Shown here one piece after another: positions 22,090 to 25,394 of a stretch of DNA of 25,394 bases (positions are counted from its first letter, which is position 1; each line of letters starts with the position of its first letter). The stretch spans positions 1 through 25,394 of the forward strand of contig NW_021836106.1 in NCBI RefSeq assembly GCF_006345805.1. Reading direction: 5' to 3'. The notes below the pieces were generated by a model, which was given only the letters and a program-made list of their open reading frames with translations, did not search any database and had not been told where the DNA came from. This stretch comes from Octopus sinensis. Its lineage: Eukaryota. The position numbers and the translations under genes were made by a program.

Positions 22090-23880
22090 CATATATATAT
22101 AATATATATAATATATTATATAATATATATACATATATACATATATATATATATAGATACATATATATACATATATATATATCTATATATATATATACAA
22201 TAGATATATATCCATATATATACCTATATATATATATCTATATACATATATAAAATATATATATATATATATACATATAAATATATATATACATATATAT
22301 ATCTATATATAAACTATATTATCTATCTATATACATATCCATATATATATATATATATCTCATTACATACATATATATCCATATATACATATATTATATA
22401 CATATATATATATACATATACATATATTAACATATATATATATATATTATATATCACATATATATAATATATATATACATATATATATATACATATCCAT
22501 ATATACATATACATATATATACATATATATATTATACACATATATATATATACGTACATATATATATACATATAATATATATACATATAAATATACATAT
22601 ATATATACATATATATATATATCCATATCTATATATACATATTATATAGATATACATATATATATAATATATATATATACAAATATATAATATATATATC
22701 TATATATATATATATACATATTTATATATACAATATATATATACATATATATTATATAAATATATATAATATATATATATCTATCTATATATATCTAATA
22801 TATCCATAATATATATATACATATATATACATATAATATCTATCTACCTATACATATCTCTATATACATATCTATATATATATATATCATATTAATATAT
22901 ATATATATATATATATCTACATATATATATATCTATACATATATATATATATATATATACATATATCTATATATATCATATTATAATATAATAATACCTA
23001 TATATATATATATACATATATATAGATCTATACATATATATATATATTATACATATATAATATATATATACATATATAGTATATATCTATACATATTATA
23101 TATATATATATACCATACATGTTATACATCTACATATATATATATATAATACATATTATATATATATATCTCATAACATATATCTTATATATATATACAT
23201 AACATATATCATACTATATAGAATACATATATATATATATATATATAACAAGATATATATATATACTATATATATATATATACATATTACTATATATATA
23301 TATATATATACATGATATATACATATATATATTTTAGACATATATACATATATTATATATATACATATATATACATATATATATATATATATACATATAT
23401 ATACATATATATATATCTTATACATATATATATAATACATATAATATATATAGATACATATATCTATATATATATACATATATATATATTATATATATAT
23501 ATACATATACATATATTAATATAACATATAATAGATACATATATATATATATACAGATACATATATATACATATATATACCTATATATATATATCTATAT
23601 ATACATATACATATATATATACATATATATAGATATACATATACATCTATACATATACATATACATAATATACTATAATATATATACATATATATCTACA
23701 TACTATTATATATATATACATATAGATATATCTAATATATATATACATATATATATATACATATATATATATATAATATATATATATTACATCCATATAT
23801 ATATACATATATATATATATACCTATATATATAATATATATATCTTATATATATATCTTATATATATATATATATATATA
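19591..23880. repeat. ~4.3 kb degenerate (TA)n array with frequent TACA, TAA and TCTA variants
   Basis: Directly visible; the source of all IY-rich ORFs in this interval. Confidence 0.97.
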
Positions 23881-24387
23881 GTAATTATACTCACATACAT
23901 AAACTCCCCCACAAAGTTGTGGGCCACAACGACACATGTACGCAAACACAAGTACGTAAACATGCAACCAGATATTACACAGTCAAACAAAATATTTTGG
24001 AAAATAGAAACAAGTACGCTCACAAAAACGCATATCCATCACCTATCAAGTATCTCGAGGTGTAGACCTTTTAAAACTGAAACTGACGGACACCACTGTG
24101 CTTACCACTGTTTTTAAAATGACCTTACTGTGCACAAGTAAAACTTTGCTTTTCATTAGTCTTCCTTTGAAGAATGTAAAGCAAAAGGTCAGAAGAATTC
24201 CTATTCCCATCCAGTGTGAAGCTAATACCATATATATTTGGGTTAATGTTTGTGTGTGTTTGCAGGAACGATATGAAATATAATTTGAAAAATTAAATAA
24301 CCACTACATTGAGTTAGAACCACAACCATAAACGTACATATGTTTTTGTGTGCCAATTTATATACATAAATACATATATATATATAT

Positions 24388-24429
24388 ACTAGCATTAAAG
24401 ACCCGTCGTTCCCAGGTCATAGTGCTAGT
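24388..24429. other. Imperfect 42-bp inverted repeat with CTAG ends, resembling a Helitron 3' terminus
   Basis: ACTAGCA...GACC / GGTC...TGCTAGT. The hairpin is followed at a short distance by CTAG|T in both orientations. Confidence 0.35.
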
Positions 24430-24559
24430 GCATGTATATATGGGCATATATATGTGTACATTTACATGATTACTATATATATATATACATCTACACATAA
24501 AATACAACTACAAAGTTATATATTGAATATCACTAGTGATAACAATACTCAAAATATAT

Positions 24560-24860
24560 AACCGACTGGAATTGTTAGCCTGGTCTATTGTAATTTCGAT
24601 CAATTGTATCTTGTCCTCTCTCTTGTATAGAAGTGTGGCTACAATCCAGCCTACCTCTACTTCTGGGGGGAGGGGCATTTAAAGTTTTTTCCGGGATGTC
24701 CTATGTCCCAGATATATTGGTAAAAATATATTATTTGCACTTTGCAAGTTCGAGCTGAGTACTCCCTTACACGCTCCGTTGCCTCGAACCTTGCTTCTAT
24801 TGTGGCGAATTTACCTTTCACAGTCGCACCAAGAGATTTTTCGAAGGTGCTTTCTTCCAT
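24560..24860 (-). mobile_element. Degenerate coding remnant, probably the ORF1 (gag-like) N-terminal region of a Tx1/L1-clade element
   Basis: Minus strand reads ...GKFATIEARFEATERVREYSARTCK, then a frameshift, then IFLPIYLGHRTSRKKL*MPLPPEVEVGWIVATLL. This resembles recalled cephalopod Tx1-like ORF1; unverified. Confidence 0.4.
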
Positions 24861-24862
24861 GT

Positions 24863-25394
24863 TATTTCTTTATTACCCACCAGGGCTACGAAGAATGCGG
24901 ACATAACAAAACATGGGGGACATAGAACAATATGATTAATTTATGAGCAATGAAAATGAAAAAAATGATAATATGAAAGCGATGCTAACGGCCCTCTCCG
25001 CCAGCATCACTTACCTGTCTTTGTTTCACTGTCACCTGAATGTTCATTCCCAATACGAAGACCATCCATCTCCATTCTTACTCCGAAACTGGTCCTCCAT
25101 ATATTCCACGAATTCATCGCTCATTCTTGTATTTTTTCTTTCACCTCCAATTCTCTCTTCACACCTCACCACAAACTCATTCTATTCTTCTTTTCCAGCA
25201 CTGCATATCTGGTCCCATCCATTTCATACCATTCATACTCCTCCATAACCCTTTCAACCTCTTTCTGTTCAGTCACAATATAATGTTCGGCCGGGTTCGT
25301 TTTCAAACTCTTGTCTGTCTGTATTAATATTTTTCTTTTGTTTTCTTGTTGGAGGGGAGCGGGTGGGTTCACTGTTTGCAGGGGAAGGGTGGGA
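24863..25394 (-). mobile_element. 3' end of a retroelement: degenerate ORF C-terminus, ~190-nt UTR and a tail shared with SINE family A
   Basis: Coding-like ...EYEWYEMDGTRYAVLEKKNRMSLW*GVKRELEVKEK, then DEFVEYMEDQFRSKNGDGWSSYWE*, then the terminus TAGCCCTGGTGGGTAATAAAGAAATA, which matches 10663-10689. Confidence 0.45.

Overview
AT-rich, repeat-dense eukaryotic non-coding DNA. The tRNA-derived SINE families and long (TA)n/(ATT)n arrays resemble an octopus (coleoid cephalopod) genome; this is inferred from recalled repeat families, not from a search. No confident host gene is present, and the Ile/Tyr, Val/Cys and His/Thr repeat ORFs in the track are microsatellite artefacts. The main structure is a 4.06 kb Penelope-like retroelement (PLE) insertion at 12360-16417, built as a near-perfect fold-back: two ~1.95 kb arms around a 5-nt apex, flanked by a candidate 14-bp target-site duplication inside a (TA)n tract. 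Each arm carries a 5'-truncated PLE ORF (post-RT region, a long Ser/Asn/Gly-rich insert, a C-terminal GIY-YIG endonuclease) and an outward-facing type I hammerhead ribozyme. The arms differ almost only by complementary single-base indels, so together they restore one ~397-aa open frame. Also present: a separate ~190-bp hammerhead-bearing mini-element in (TA)n (750-941), a CR1-group RT fragment (1-172), a decayed 28S rRNA fragment (6459-6708), about ten SINE copies with swapped heads and tails, probable RTE, RLE-LINE and Tx1-like remnants, one candidate host exon, and a 4.3 kb degenerate (TA)n array.
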